From Macrostomum lignano (Eukaryota): a stretch of DNA of 64,000 nt. The notes beneath the pieces were generated by a model. The model ran no database searches. It was not told the DNA's origin and saw nothing but the letters and a program-made list of their open reading frames with translations. Shown here one piece after another: positions 51,366 through 64,000 of this stretch. The translations under genes and the position numbers were made by a program. The stretch is from NCBI GenBank assembly GCA_002269645.1, contig NIVC01001408.1:113448-177447 (forward strand), read 5' to 3'. Within the stretch, counting starts at the first letter, position 1. The number at the start of each line of letters is the position of its first letter.

Positions 51366-51807
51366 GTGGGGCTGAGGAGTGGCCATGGCCATCGCTCAGG
51401 AATGATAGCAAAGTATTTGACAATACCAGTTAAATGAAGTTAGTATACAATAGTACGGGAAAAGTACACAGCGGCTAGCAACAGCAATAATTAAAAGTAC
51501 AAACAAGCAGATAAAACAGGTTTAAGCAGAGACGGGCAGCACCAAACCAGCAGGCACGATGAGGGCACAGAGGAGGAAGAAACACAGTTGTAATAAATTC
51601 TAAAATAAACAAATTGAAAAATGCTACAAGTATGAAAGCAAGACACTAAGCATTCGGCCGCAAGTACCTTTTGATAAAAATTGCTTTGGAATATTCTCGC
51701 TTTAGGTATTGGGAATGGATTAATTAGGTGACACCAGACAACCTAATTGCCTCTAGGAGCAGATGACTATCTGAAATGTTTTATTATTACTAAGATAGAT
51801 GCTTCAT

Positions 51808-52795
51808 AAATCTCAGGATCGGGTTTGATAATCTTATGAACGAGTTTGATAATCTCAGGATCGGGTTTGATAATCTTATGAACGAGTTTGATAATCTCAG
51901 GATCGGGTTTGATAATCTTATGAACGAGTTTGATAATCTCAGGATCGGGTTTGATAATCTTATGAACGAGTTTGATAATCTCAGGATCGGGTTTGATAAT
52001 CTTATGAACGAGTTTGATAATCTCAGGATCGGGTTTGATAATCTTATGAACGAGTTTGATAATCTCAGGATCGGGTTTGATAATCTTATGAACGAGTTTG
52101 ATAATCTCAGGATCGGGTTTGATAATCTTATGAACGAGTTTGATAATCTCAGGATCGGGTTTGATAATCTTATGAACGAGTTTGATAATCTCAGGATCGG
52201 GTTTGATAATCTTATGAACGAGTTTGATAATCTCAGGATCGGGTTTGATAATCTTATGAACGAGTTTGATAATCTCAGGATCGGGTTTATTGATAATCTT
52301 ATGAAGAGTCTGATAATCTCAGGATCGGGTTTGATAATCTTACGATCGGGATTGGTAACCTTATGAACAGATTTGATAATCTCACGATCGGGTTAGATAA
52401 TCTTACGATCAGATGGGATTATCTCATGATCCATGTTGAATAATCTCATGATTGAGTTTGATAATCTCATTATCAGGTTGAATAGTCTCACGATTGGGTT
52501 TGATAATCACATGATCGGGTTGGATAATCTCATGATTAGATTGGATAATCTCGGGTTAGGTAATCTCACGATCAGATTGTATAATCTCATGATTAGATTG
52601 GATAATCTCGGGTTAAGTAATCTCACGAACAGATTGTATAATCTCATGATCAGATTGTATAATCTTATGATCAGATTGGATAATCTTACGATCAGATTGG
52701 ATAATCTTATGATCAGATTGGATAACTTTACGATCAGATTAGATAATCTCACGATCGGGTTTGATAATCTCATGATCAGATTAGATAATCTCGCT
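51808..52795. repeat. 21/42-bp minisatellite
   Basis: Dimer gataatcttatgaacgagtttgataatctcaggatcgggttt, degenerating to 21-bp variants. Confidence 0.92.
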
Positions 52796-53298
52796 TAGGT
52801 TAAATATCTCACAGCTTTTGATTCTGTTAAGCTTGCGCCCGTTTCCGGTTAGCAACCAGGTTGTCACGGCAACCGATAAACAAAAAGTGTCTTAACAAGT
52901 TTTTGTATGAAAATTTCAAAAATTAAAATGAAATTTAAATTAAATAATTTACATACAATACGATAATGAAAGGTATGGATTCACAGTCCCACTAAGTAAA
53001 CATACAGATAATATACAATAACTAAATAAATACAAAATAATGTACCGCTACTACTATTACTACTACTATGTAATGAGAACTGTGAGTAGCATCATTCGCG
53101 CTTATGATAGATTTAATAAAAAATGATACATGTTCTCATAAAAATGAGTAGGCGCAGTGACTGATTTTTGTTATTTATCATCATTACAAAAAGACAACAA
53201 ATTAAAATAAATTCGCTAAATCTTAAGTTGGGCTGTATTTTTTAAACAAATCACCTAAATAAAAAGTTGATAAATGTTAATCGCTTTGGCTACGTAGA

Positions 53299-56200
53299 TT
53301 AAAACGACAGAACTCTGCGTTCGATATCGTCTTCGTTGTAGTCAGTCAGAGCGTTGGACACGTCCTGCAGTGGAGACAGCGGCTGCTGGTGCTGCAGTCC
53401 AACAGGTGCATTGCCGAATGCCATGCTGCCTGGTCGGCTGCTCAGGGTTTCCATACTGGCTCTGGGTGCGACACCGATTCCATGGGGCACTGCCTGTGCA
53501 TTAATAACTGGCGCCCCCCTAGCGCTGTTGCTATGCGGATAATGAGTCAGGCGTCGAATTGGCTGAGGCACAGAATGAGGAGGCAGCATTGAATGCCTCA
53601 GAGTTGGCTGCGGCTGTGGAGTCTGAGTGCTGTTGAAGGCGAAAGGCTCGTTAGGGCTGGGCACCTGCTGCTGCTGCTGTTGTTGGTCTCGGCGAAGATA
53701 GTGAACTGTTGGCTGAGTCTGCGGTGGCGGAGGCAGCAGGGGCTCCATCTGGCCTGCTGGACCTCCGATAACTGCCTGTAAACAGAGAGCGTACATTGGG
53801 GTGGTGGGGCAGGGTTAGGAAACAGAGAGCGTACACTGGGGTGGTGGGGCTGGGTTAGGAAACAGAGAGCGTACATTGGGGTGGTGGGGCAGGGTTAGGA
53901 AACAGAGAGCGTACATTGGGGTGGTGGGGCAGGGTTAGGAAACAGAGAGCGTACACTGGGGTGGTGGGCTGGGTTAGGAAACAGAGAGCGTACATTGGGG
54001 TGGTGGGGCAGGGTTAGGAAACAGAGAGCGTACATTGGGGTGGTGGGGCAGGGTTAGGAAACAGAGAGCGTACACTGGGGTGGTGGGGCTGGGTTAGGAA
54101 ACGGAGAGCGTACATTGGGGTGGTGGGGCAGGGTTAGGAAACAGAGAGCGTACATTGGGGTGGTGGGGCAGGGTTAGGAAACAGAGAGCGTACATTGGGG
54201 TGGTGGGGCAGGGTTAGGAAACAGAGAGCGTACACTGGGGTGGTGGGGCTGGGTTAGGAAACGGAGAGCGTAAATTGGGGTGGTGGGGCTGGGTTAGGAA
54301 ACGGAGAGCGTAAATTGGGGTGGTGGGCTGGGTTAGGAAACGGAGAGCGTAAATTGGGGTGGTGAGGCTGGTTTAGGAAACAGAAAGCGTACATTGGGGT
54401 GGTGAGGCTGGTTTAGGAAACAGAGAGCGTACATTGGGGTGGTGAGGCTGGTTTAGGAAACAGAAAGCGTACATAAATGCTGGGTTAGGAAACAGTGTAC
54501 ATTGGGGTGGAGGGGCATGGGAGTTGCATTCTAATTTAGTAATTTCGTTTTATGTAAGAAAAAAAATAAAAAGCAGTATTAACGCGGCACCTCATTTGAA
54601 ACACTAGCTCCAATTCATAGATTACATAGTAAACAACGTTCTTTAATACCATATAGATAAGAGATAAACTACTACAAATACTAGTCTAAACTGAATCTAC
54701 AATTCAGACGCAACAGAAAGTTCTCTCTATTTCTTGGCTTTTGCAAATAGATTTACACAGTCAGGCTCTATCTAACAAGCTCTGCTCAGACCCCCGCTAC
54801 ACTGAGAATGGGTAACGACATTGGAGTACTTTGATTGCTAAATAGCTCACACTGACGGGTCTCGGTCTGGGCGATGCATAAGCTCCATTTGTAGGCACAG
54901 GCGGTCTGGCACTTGCATAGGCAAATCTTTTTGTTGATTATCATCTTTAGCACTAGAATTGGCGCCAACTGTGGTCGCGGGTTCGTACGCCGTTTCGTAA
55001 GCGATCTTATCGCCCTCGGCGTCAACTTGATAGTGCAGCAGGCTTGCGCGGTTCTCTGGCAGCTTCTTAGCTGCGGAAGTGCCGGACGCCACTGAGGTTG
55101 GTCGCTTCTTGAACGGTCGAACCGGGTAGGGGAACTGGGAGCCGCACAGGGTCTGCAGACAGTTTTTGCTGCAGCCCTCATCGAACGGATTCTCTACGTC
55201 GTATTTGTGAGTGACCTGTCATGCGTGGGAGGGTTTGGCTTGCTGGCTCTGCGAGGATTAAGGCTTGAGCTAATTAGGGATCCGAAAGGCTGGCCCAGCA
55301 ACTGAGGATCTGGGAGGCTGGCCTAGCAACTGAGGATCTGGGAAGCTGGCCCTGCAACTGAGGATCTGGGAGGCTGGCCTAGCAACTGAGGATCTGGGAG
55401 GCTGGCCTAGCAACTGAGGATCTGGGAGGCTGGCCCAGCAACTGAGGATCTGGGAGGCTGGCCCAGCAGCTGAGGATCTGGGAGGCTGGTCTAGCAACTC
55501 AGGATCTGGGAGGCTGGAGGCCCAGCAACTGAGGATCTTTTGAAATCGAAAAAACACTCACCTGCTCATTAGTAGTAACGCCCTTGCTAATCAGGTAGAT
55601 GTGGAAGCCGGTAAGGCCAGCAATGGGAAAGACCAGCAGCCCGGCAACGCACACAATCACTATGGCAACGATGGGACCAACTTGACGCAAATTTTCCCTA
55701 TGCTGCACAACAAAGTAGATGCTAGCAGCCAGCACAGAGATTGTGTGGGCGGTCAGAGATGACAGGAAGAAGAAGAATGCTCTGTAGTTGCGGCGGCCAA
55801 TGCAGTTGTTCACCCACGGGCAGTGATGGTCAAAAGTGTCAATGCAACGATCGCATGAGGAGCAGTGGGAGCACCTGGGGGACGTTGGGACTGTCTTTCT
55901 TATTTATTATTGCAAATGACAATCATCTAACATTTTTGACACATCTATATCCAATTGCATTCACTTTAATTTCTATCTCTAAAAATTGTCTTTTTAATTT
56001 ATTTTAAATTTTAAATACTGGCATTTCTCGTCTTTGACAAGACAGACGAGATTTCAAAATCTCATCGTTGAGAATGGGGTCTTAAAATCGCATCCTTGAG
56101 AATGGGATTTCAAAATCTCATTTTTGAGAATGGGATTTCAAAATCTCATTTTTGAGAATGGGATTTCAAAATCTCATCTTTGAGAATGGGATTTCAAAAT

Positions 56201-57057
56201 CTCATATTTAAGAATGGGATTTCAAAATCTCATATTTGAGAATGGGATTTCAAAATCTCATATTTAAGAATGGGATTTCAAAATCTCATATTTGAGAATG
56301 GGATTTCAAAATTTCATCTTTAAGAATGGGATTTCAAAATCTCATATTTAAGAATGGGATTTCAAAATCTCATATTTGAGAATGGGATTTCAAAATCTCA
56401 TCTTTAAGAATGGGATTTCAAAATCTCATCTTTAAGAATGGGATTTCAAAATCTCATCTTTAAGAATGGGATTTCAAAATCTCATATTTGAGAATGGGAT
56501 TTCAAAATCTCATCTTTAAGAATGGGATTCCAAAATCTCATTTTCAAGAATGGGACTTCAAAATCTTATCTTTGAGAATGGGACTTTAAGATCTCATCTT
56601 TAAGAATGGGATTTCAAAATCTCATCTTTGAGAATGGGACTTTAAGATCTCATCTTTAAGAATGGGATTTCAAAATCTCATCTTTAAAAGCGGTATCTGA
56701 AAATCTCATCTTTGAGACTCGGGGACTCAAGCTCCCAATTAAATTAACGAATAAAATATTTGCTTACCTTGGCGGCCGGTAAAACCTGCAGGTGGAGCAC
56801 CATTTAATTTTGGACTGACAGCCGCGAATTTCAACACTTTTAAACAGAGTGCCCCGGCTATCGTCATCGTCTGATTCGTTGCGCACGCACTGAGGATAGG
56901 TGCCAGGATCCAGGAATGTTGCCCGGGCAAAATTGGCCACTACGAAGAATGTTATGAAAGCCTGCAGCACTGGGATAGCAACTGTAACCTTATAGGCCAC
57001 ATAGGGTGACCTGTTGGGAAGGGATAAGTTCTGTGCCATTAAATTGTACCATAGCAG
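53299..57057 (-). CDS. ZDHHC8: DHHC palmitoyltransferase, ZDHHC5/8 subfamily (first coding exon not found in window)
   Basis: Exons on - strand: 57057-56768 ([28 protein letters not shown]), 55874-55562 ([42 protein letters not shown]), 55215-about 54853 ([15 protein letters not shown]), and a probable last exon 53775-53299 (Pro/Gln-rich). The DHHC-CRD and TTxE motifs are intact. The 3' splicing pattern is uncertain. Confidence 0.92.
53780..54520. repeat. 40-bp G-rich minisatellite in the last ZDHHC intron
   Basis: Unit aaacagagagcgtacattggggtggtggggcagggttagg. Confidence 0.93.
55285..55538 (-). repeat. 28-bp minisatellite (same family as 7940-8355) in ZDHHC intron
   Basis: + strand agcaactgaggatctgggaggctggccc. 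Confidence 0.9.
56050..56715. repeat. 28-bp AT-rich minisatellite
   Basis: Unit tttcaaaatctcatctttgagaatggga. Confidence 0.92.
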
Positions 57058-60000
57058 CTAGCAATTATGAGGTAAACAAACTAATTAACTTTTATTATGG
57101 TGTGCATCATCACAGACCCAGTTTATTATAGCATCTCAGTTGTGTTTTCTTTTCAATGTTTTTTCTAAGCTGAATATCTTTTAGTTTTAGTACCATACTT
57201 TCTATAATTCAGAAGATTTAGATTGATGTCAGTTGGCCTCTTGGTGCCAGTGGCAGTGTGTTTCTGACAAAAAACAAAGAGCATTAATTGTGACCCATGG
57301 TCCCATTATTGAAATCAATAGAAATTAATTAATGCCTGAGATTTATCATTATAACTAAATTAAAACAAAAATTAAAATTAAAATTCAATAAAGTTTATAA
57401 ACTTATTTTAGGTCATGAATAACCTTTCATACTAATACAATTTATGCACATGGTGTCTCAAAATAAAATGCAGAGACCTTAGCTTCAATTCTGTGCATAG
57501 TGCAAAGAGAATTGTGGATTACAAACTTGTAGATAGAGTCAAGTGCAGTGTGAACCATCATCCCTTCTCAATTTTGGAAGACAATCATTTCAATATTACT
57601 AGTTTATATATACAAGCATATACAAATGCTTTTTAACGTAATGCTTACTTTTGTGAAATATTCAGTAGGTTCCCAATGTAGTAGTAGTACCCAATGATAC
57701 CTATTAGATAAAGCTTTGAATTTTTAAAAGTTCCTTCCTGAATTCAAATCTGCTTTTCATGCGTAGCATTCCATGAAAAATATCTTACTTTTTCTTGTGT
57801 TTTGGAACACAGAACACAATCATTCCTTTTTAAAAGTTACATAAAAATAATCATCTTTCAAAGCTGTTTATAAATAGGCTAATTGTTTAATGACTATTTA
57901 ACTTTAACTGATAACAAATATTTTAGTTCTTCTATTTAAACAGAAAACAAAGACTAATCTCAATGGTGATTGTCTACTAAAACTAGTAAGTTAAACAGTG
58001 ATTGTTGTCTAAAAATTTGTTATCTATTGTAATATATTATATTGAATAAGGGGTTCTGATAAAAATCAAAAAAGATTAAATGAAATTGCTATCCTTTAAT
58101 ACTTTAAGGATCTTTTATAATAAGTAATAAGGACTACTAGGCTAGTATATACTAATGCCAAAAGCATATATGGCTATTATATATTGCAATATTACAAACG
58201 AAGTTAAAAATAAAAGTAAAAAGTATGTTATACTAATTTTTCTTTTGGAATCAATTTTAATAAAAAAATATATATTTATAATAGCTGAAAATAATTTTGT
58301 CCTCTACCAATTTATCTAAAAAATATAGTACTAGTCATTTTGCTTACTAAAAAACAGCAAAGACAATGTGAAAAATGATACTAATGATAGATTTAAACTT
58401 GGTTTTGATTTGATATTCCAAACTTTGAACCTAATTTTGCATTGAAAAATTTAGATTGTCAATTTAAATTTAAATTTTGATTCTAAACTAAAGACTGAAT
58501 CAAAGATATTGACTCAACTAAAAAAATTGATTTAGAACTAAAATATTAATTTTACTTTAAATATAAAAATAACTTTAATCTACCACAATTTATATGATGA
58601 TACATTTAGATGAGAAATAAGATAGTAAAATAATTAATATTATAATAGAATAGGGCAAAATGCAAAAATATGGGATAAAACAGTAAAACACATCTGCGGA
58701 CATTCAATAGAAGGTACTTTATCTAAAAAAGCTTTTTGAAAGACAGAAAAGTCTTTAAAATAGTTCTGGATAAAATTTATTGTTTTCATGCTTTACATTG
58801 TTGAATAAATGAGTAAAAAACCACAAAAAGCATTTTAAAAGTCCAAATAGACCAATTCACAATTTTTGTTTGACATTTTTCATTGAAATTAAAATTTTAA
58901 TGGTACCACAAAATGTGAACCTGGAATCCAAATCAAATGCTTCCTATAGGCTTATGAGACGACAAAGAACAATGAAATTGCACTAAAATATGTAGCATTG
59001 TGGCATGTATGCAAGAGAAAAAGAATTTTCCAAATCACTTTAATAGAAGCTGAGTAAAATGCAATTTTCTGATCCTTATGGGAATTTCAATGTGTTACCT
59101 AGCTTCCAAATCAGATGCTTACTTACTGTATGCTTATTAAGTGACAAAGAACAATGAAATTACACATAAATAGGTATCATAGCAGCGTGTATGCACGAAG
59201 AAGAGAATTTTTTATAGTAGAAACTGAGTAAAATGCAATTTTCCTATTTTTACAGGAATTTGTATGCTTAAATACTTACGTATGAATACAGTATTTATTG
59301 CAAACAAACTCTACAAAATACACATTGTCAATAGTAACAAAAGTGATAAACAAATAAACCCTTAAAAATGGTAAATATGTTGTAGCACCATAGTCACGAT
59401 CATGTCATGGTATATACCAGAATAAAAAGTCCCCTAAAAATCTATGCCACTTCATACTGAAAGGTACACCAAGGTCCTAGGAACTTACGCCAGGTTTTCT
59501 AGGCTTTGCGACAATAAATGACCTTTTTTGCGTGTTACACCTTTTTGCCTACTTTATAAACACCCCTACTCTACCCACTTCACTCACCAAATACAACGCA
59601 CTAGTTAACATCATATTGTACATTTTTACACTTCTAATTTTTTGATTAAGTTTTTTTTAGAAAATTACACGATTAGTTTGCATGGAATTTTAAATTTTTA
59701 TAAATCACGAATAGTTATGAACTTTCATCTTACAAGTTTTATGGTTTTTATGATTTTATAATAAGATTCTGAGGTTACAGCGTTATGCCAACAATTGTTA
59801 ATATTAACTTTGGCATGGAGGTTGGAGTTGGTATACGATGCTTGGCATATTTACGCCATGGCATCACGCAAAAAGGTACACCAAATATATTTTGCCTCAT
59901 TTTTTACGCCAATTGTATACAAAAAAAAAGTTAAATTTTCAATTGTATGCCAGAAATTTCTAGCATAATGTACATCATCCTGACTATGGTTGTAGAATGT

Positions 60001-62299
60001 AATATTATAATATACTTAAAGTAAATAAATACATTATTACTGGGTTTATTTTTTGTGCACAGTGTGCATATGCACCCTAAATTTTAAAATCACACCCTGA
60101 AATTAAAAAGTGGGTGCAGTTTAGATGCAGTCTCATAACTTATTTTTTGTTTAAACCTCATTTGCACTGCCTTGAGAAAAAAAAACTACACTCTATAAGC
60201 CTTAAAATCGCATCCTAAAAATTAGCATAAGGTGCAATTTTGCACGTTGTCTCTGGCAAAAAATAAAACCCTGCATAATTAGAGCTTTTCTATCATTTTT
60301 ATTGGAGTCATTTTATTTTCAAAAATTCATTTACTGTTTTAACAAATCATTTTATTAAAAATAAGGCTATATGTAAATAATTTGTGCTTTTATAGATGTT
60401 TCAAACTTTGAAAAACTGAAGAAAATTTATTTTATAGCTTTATTGCATGTATTGGTTTCCCGATAGACATTCAGACAGACATTCAGAAATTGTTTAGTAA
60501 ATGTTTAACAAAATTGTCTATTTATTACGCAAGATACTGTGTATTTATAGAAACTTTTACGCTTGTCTCTGCTTTAAAAAGACACCTCAGATACACACAA
60601 AGACACTTCACAAGCTGAGATATTCCCTAGCAAATGTTGTTACAACGTTTCCCAATATACCAAATACTGTATATAGTAGTTTTTTGAGAAGCCGCTACAT
60701 CATCCCACTTTGGTCTTTCTGCATGAAATTTGCACAGCTGTTTTATGCATGTCTCTGCTTTAAAAAGACACTTTAGACACACATAAGATGCTTCACAAGC
60801 TGAGATATTCCCTAGCAACAGTTGCCTGAAGGCATGCTCATATCTAACTTGGACACTGGCATGGAAAGTACGTTATACTTGTATTTGCCTTCTACCGATC
60901 TGAAGCACTTTACTTTAGGCAGATCTATCAGCAATATTAACACTATACAGGAGGCAGTTTTTCTTTATGTACATTTGTTGTCATTTTGCTATGTACATTA
61001 CGCAAGAGGCCTAACACAGAATATGCCTGCACCCTGTTTTGGTATATAATCTTTCTCACTAACAAGCTCATTTTGATAATATAGATGAATTGTCTCTGCT
61101 GACTACAATATCTCTACATCTCTACTTGTATCTTATATTGGCAAGAGTACAATAAGCACTCTAGCATGTTTTGGTACTTAATTCATCTGACAGTTTTTTT
61201 TTGGCATGAGGTTGTCAATATGCATTTTGGCTTTGTTCCTGGTCACCATCTCAACGAGTTTCCCTACCAAGGAAGTAAGCATTTATTTTTTTTGGTTTGT
61301 GAGAGACTGACGTCTACGTATGGCTATATAGGCAAGGACCACTGTAGTGTGAGAAGAAGGACTTGGCATTCCCGAACTACAGAAAAATTTTTGAAGGCTG
61401 ATTTTCCACAGGCTTTGTGTCTAACTACCAGTGTGCATTTGTGTGCAATCACATAAATTTGTGCTTTATTCATGCTTATTGCTTTGCTCATTTTTGATGC
61501 ATGTTGTACATGTAATTACATGCATAGATGTAATTTTTCTATTAACTTTTTTTCAATAAATGGCTACAAGCACCAGATATTCAAGATTTTCAAGTACAAC
61601 ACCTTGTGCAATATGCCATAATTGTGTTAAAATTTGCCTATAAACCTTTACTTAATGATTTTTCTACATTTTACCACGTGCGTGTCCATATCATCTGTAT
61701 AGGCAGTATGTGCAGATACAGACTGTGTTATGGGGCTATCATACCTGCTGTTTTGGTCTATTTAATCGCCTACTGAGAACCTCTCATCACAATGTATCAG
61801 CAGAAGAAATCAGCCAGCAGAAGTGAGCTGTAGAGATGCAAACTCATACAATATACAAAAGCATTAGCTGTATCACTGCATATCAGAGGAAAGTACAAAA
61901 ATCTTTGTAAGTGGCAAGCATCACTAAACTGGGTGTAACGTCAGCCAATGGCCAATGTTCTTAAAAATTCAGCTGCTAATGTAGTTAAAAAATCTTCATA
62001 ATGTCTGTATCTGAAGAGGCAGCATCAAACTGAAAATCAGCCTTCAAAAATTTTTACATGGTTTGTGAGTGTTGAGTCCTTTTTTTACAGTGGTCCTTGT
62101 ATGTACATGTAGGTTTTGCAATGTAATTTGGAGTGCTAAATTATGGCTTACTACTGTTGACTTACTTCCCAGATTGACGATGCCATCTCTCGGGCAAGGA
62201 AGGTGCACTCCATTCCTAAAGATTACCGAAATCGAGATCCAATTTTTTGTTTTTATGCTCGTGACTGGGAATGAGAAATAACTTAAGAAATCATATGAC

Positions 62300-63660
62300 T
62301 ATGTGGAATTGGCTTTGGAAAAGCCACATCTACATGTAGAACCCGATGTTCGCCTAGGAAACCTCCTCATGAAGATGAGTCTTGTTTCCAACAGAACAGC
62401 AATTCTTTTAGACCTCATAGCTCCACTGAATATCAGCCAACCAGTGGCCATGCTGAAGCCCAGCCAGCAGCTGGCTAGGCAACCAACAATGAAAGAGCTG
62501 GAAGTCCTGAAGGGACTCCTGAAGGGACTCCTGAAGGGACTCTTGAAGGGACTCCTGAAGGGCAACTTGTTATGGACTGCTCCTCAAGGAATGAAGTGAC
62601 AGCAACAGTGACAATATCAATTAACACTATAAGAAAGATTAATTTACGAATCAATACATGTAATTCCAAGTATGTTTTTTCGAAGCCAGCACTAAATGAA
62701 GCTCTCTGCAAATCATTGAGATCTGTATCGTCTTGTTGCCTGCGCATGAGAGGTTACTGTCATATTAGTGCGGTGAATCTAGAAAAAAATTTACAAATTT
62801 CTGGACAGTAAGGGCTGCGTGCAAGATGCAGGGATGCAAGAGAGAGCTTACTTTTGTAATGAAGGAAGAACCCCAATTGCAAGAATGCTAGGAGTGGCAC
62901 GTTATTGGACGAGGTCTCTTTGACCACTCAAAAAGCCGAATCATCAACTTTTAGAAGAATAACAAAGGATGAGGAAAAAATTTCACAAAACTTGTTGCAG
63001 AGCATGGGTGTCTAGAGCACTTCGAAAGCTGCAATGAAGATCAGCACATGCGTCACAACTTGAGCAGAAACTTTGACTCATGCAAATTGAAATTTGTAAT
63101 GAAAGAATAGCCAAAAAGGTAAATGAGGTGAAATTACTACATAAGGACATTAATATGGAATTACTCATTATGCAGACTGCTCTACAAGAAGAATACCCAC
63201 ACGAGTACTTGCCGGGAATAGTTAGAGAGCGCTACATTGATCCCCTGCATGTCGTTTTGTACTCTAGTACCAACTGCAATATTTAATCGACCTAATATAG
63301 AAAATGTGCTTAATGTTCTTCATATTAATGCCACTGGATCGATAATTAAAAAAGTGGATATACCAGACGCGTATTCCTGTACTCTATTGTAACAACAGCT
63401 ACCGACCGCGTGAAATCTGTCTCAATAGCAGACTGCATTACAAAAGACATTCTGTCGCATCAATAGCACATTTCTTGCATGTTCTGCCGCCATCATATCG
63501 TCAACATGATGTCACGCGTTTAGGCAAGCCTACGTACCAATCCTATTGGGTGACAGACTTTTCCTGGCGGCACTGATACATAGCTGCTTTGAATTCACCA
63601 ATGCGATTTAGAAACGTATTTAAATATGCAATATCACTATTTCCAAAAATAGCCAACACT
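62300..63660 (+). pseudogene. Decayed MULE-type (NOF/Foldback-like) transposase remnant
   Basis: Frameshifted fragments YIDPLHVVLYS, VLHINATGSIIKK (63315-63353), RVFLYSIV, SVSIADCIT, HSVASIAHFL, WVTDFSW (63547-63567), LIHSC, DLETYLN resemble MULE DDE motifs LHxDATG and VTDFSWAL. Recognised from memory, no search run. Confidence 0.55.
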
Positions 63661-64000
63661 TCTGTCACAGTTACGGGGTAATGCTCTGTACAAATCATAT
63701 CTAATGCATTTACACCATTTTACCTTTGCTTTTGAACAAATTCCGTTTCACTTTAGACAGTCGGAACTTCAGTTTAGACCACTTTAGACTGGAGCCCCGA
63801 ATCTACATTCACTATCGACAAACTCCGTTTCAATATCGATAGCTAAGCGTTTGTAGTGCCTACACTTCTATCTATTTACATAGGCAAGTAAGGAAATGCA
63901 CATCCAGATCTAGGCGAAACTCCCTTTCACTTTCGACAAACGCCACTTCTCCTTAAACAGTCTATGCGTCTAAGCTGCTGAAACTCCGTTTCCCTTTAGT

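Overview
Metazoan genomic DNA: spliceosomal introns, AT-rich spacers, and introns packed with 14-42 bp minisatellites. The style is reminiscent of a Macrostomum-like flatworm, which is inference only. Two convergent genes are present. (1) A complete 20-exon PLC-beta4/norpA-type phospholipase C on + (CDS 4357-42032, about 1270 aa, ending in PATVV). (2) A 5'-incomplete ZDHHC5/8-type palmitoyltransferase on - (exons 57057 to 53299). PLC introns carry a mariner (DD34D), an apparently intact DD37E ITm transposon with perfect 27-bp TIRs inserted at the tail of a CORE-like SINE, and a kb-scale inverted pair of minisatellite arrays. A decayed MULE/NOF-like transposase lies at the right end. The main finding is a duplicated 85-nt catalytic Y-box exon pair in PLC (29561-29645 and 30941-31025). 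Both copies have U2-type acceptors and U12-type (GTATCCTTT) donors, and they share one downstream U12 branch point (TTCCTTAAC). This architecture should force mutually exclusive splicing by spliceosome incompatibility. Most long ORFs in the supplied track are artefacts of tandem repeats. All coordinates were derived by hand; repeat boundaries are approximate.
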